Of a stretch of 64,000 nt of DNA, positions 62,291 to 64,000 are shown piece by piece (position 1 is the stretch's first letter; each line of letters begins with the position of its first letter). Source of the DNA: Narcine bancroftii (taxonomy: Eukaryota); assembly GCF_036971445.1 (NCBI RefSeq), contig NC_091473.1, forward strand, positions 207,080,001 through 207,144,000, in the 5' to 3' direction. The notes beneath the pieces are model-generated. The model searched no databases and was not told where the DNA came from. It saw nothing but the letters and a program-made list of their open reading frames with translations. The position numbers and the translations under genes are program-made.

Positions 62291-62769
62291 GCTTCACACG
62301 TTGAGTCTATTGTGTGGGAGAGGGGTGGAATCGGGCGGGGAGGGGGTGATGATGGACATGTGGCGATAATCGAGTCTCATTGCTGTAAAAGGGCTCACTG
62401 ATTGGGCCGAGGGAACTGTTTTACCACTGAGTCCCTCTACAACAGTGAGTAGATATTTTCCAGGGAAGATCGTCTTGCCGAATGGATTGCTGAGAGAATT
62501 AGCACGGCCTCCTGATCTATTAGAAGCGTATCCAAACACCAAAGCAGTCAGGCAGCTGAGTTGACGTTTCAAATCAATACTCCCCACGAATCCACTTCCC
62601 AACCAAAGGTAGGATTAACCTACCCCCCACCCCCCAACGGAGAAAGACAGAATGGCGATCAACCCTTTGCTTGATGTGGGCTTTTACTGGGCACCTGTTC
62701 GCATAATCGTTTCTTACATTTCTTCTCACCAGAGGGAAGACGTGAAAATGAATCGTGAAAATTAATCAT

Positions 62770-63005
62770 GGGAACCACAGTAGGCATAGCGGTTAGCGCA
62801 ACTCTATAACAGCGCCAATGCCCCGGATCCGAATCGGGCGCTGTCTGTAGGGAGTTTGTACATTCTCCCTGTGTCTGCGTGGGTGTCGTCTGGGCGTTCG
62901 AGTTTCCTCCCACTCTCCAGAAACGTACAGTGATTGGGGCTTCATTGGTAAATTTGCAGGCATGGGCTCGTGGGCCGAAAGGGCCTGTTACCGGTCTGTA
63001 TGTAA
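62770..63005 (+). mobile_element. tRNA-derived V-SINE (HE1-like)
   Basis: ggagtttgtacattctccctgtgtctgcgtggg...gtttcctcccac; CR1-like tail gggcctgtta. Confidence 0.75.
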
Positions 63006-64000
63006 GCCTATATATTATTTCTGGAAAACTGCAAAACAACTGAGAATATCCTTTCTTTCGCTTTCCCCCAAAATTCTACGTACCCTTCTTATCTCCACCC
63101 CCACCCCACCCCTCCCCAGCTCTCCCGCCTCTGGTTCTCAGTGTTTCTCAGTGCTGCTCTGTGGCCAGTGATTCTTGGGGCTTTCTGAGCTGATTCGCCC
63201 TCATATAGGTAGGAAATTGAAACATTCGCGGACAATCGGTGGATCTGCATTGCCCCCTACTGAGTCTGGTGCGCATCAACAACCTAGCCGACTTTCCTGG
63301 CCCTCTCTGTGTATCATCCCCTAGTTCGTCCCTGACCCCCAATGGGGCCGCTGTGCAGTTAGCAGTGCAGCCCACACTTCCGCCCCGATGAGTATGTTGC
63401 ATCTCCTGGTCCATCAGTGTCCCTTCCCATGGGTCTGAGCCAGATCAGCAGGCGAGCCTGCACTCTTCACCCTGTGTGTGTGTTGAACTCCTGGACCATC
63501 ACTGCGCCCTCGTGAGTCTGCAACAGATTAGCAGTCTACTTCTGCCCACTATGGCATCTGCACTGCATTCGCAGTCTCGCGCCCTTTCCCAGCCCTGTCG
63601 GTGTGTTGGATTCGCTGCGCTGTCAGTAACCCCTCATGAGACTACAGACTCGCTCACACTCCTATGTTTGGGATGCCCTGGTCTATCAGTGTTTTTAATG
63701 AATTAGCAGTCTAGAAAACACACAAAATTGCTGGGAAAACTCGGCAGGTCACAGAGTCCCGTAGGAAGTAAAGATATATAACCAATGATTTAGGCTTGAG
63801 CCCTTCATCATGGTGTGAGCAAAAAACAGACAGCAGCTGGGGGAAGGGGGAGAAAGGCAAAGGGAGGAGGACAAGCCACTGGCAAAAAGCCATAATTGGA
63901 CATGGCGAAACAGGAAAGGAAAGATGGGAATTGATAAGGAGATAGGGTGACTATGTGAATTCAGCGCTGGAGGAAAAGGGAACGAAAGGGAGACAGCCAG

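Noticed and set aside
63500-63550. AVYFC motif suggesting a V segment 3' of C-alpha
   Set aside because: In-frame stop just upstream, no WYxQ or first Cys, no 23-RSS; it lies inside a degenerate tandem repeat.
54200-64000. DAD1, expected 3' of TRAC in many vertebrates
   Set aside because: No DAD1-like coding sequence recognised on either strand within the window.

Overview
Vertebrate genomic DNA, very probably from a cartilaginous fish (inferred from HE1-like V-SINEs, CR1-type LINE debris and the C-region sequence). It holds the 3' half of a T-cell receptor alpha locus on the + strand. From 338 to 45211 I count 45 J-alpha segments, most with a nonamer-12bp-heptamer RSS, an FGXG-type motif and a phase-1 GT donor. 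About 28 look functional, 3 are open but non-canonical and 14 are pseudogenes. Downstream lie C-alpha exon 1 (Ig domain, 50366-50662), exon 2 (hinge, 52388-52435), exon 3 (TM/cytoplasmic, 53407-53513), a probable 3'UTR exon and a candidate 3' enhancer near 57.1-57.7 kb. No V or D segments and no other protein-coding gene are evident; most ORF-track entries are spurious. Notable unexplained structure: (i) inverted satellite arrays forming a potential fold-back around the skippable cysteine-bearing hinge exon; (ii) a ~4.6-kb four-J cassette triplicated by recombination between hAT MITEs, shown by swapped target-site duplications; (iii) a pseudo-J with a perfect 26-bp palindrome where its RSS should be; (iv) an enhancer with Ig-kappa-like NF-kB/E2A motifs; (v) a forkhead-motif minisatellite. 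All coordinates were read by eye; repeat boundaries are approximate.
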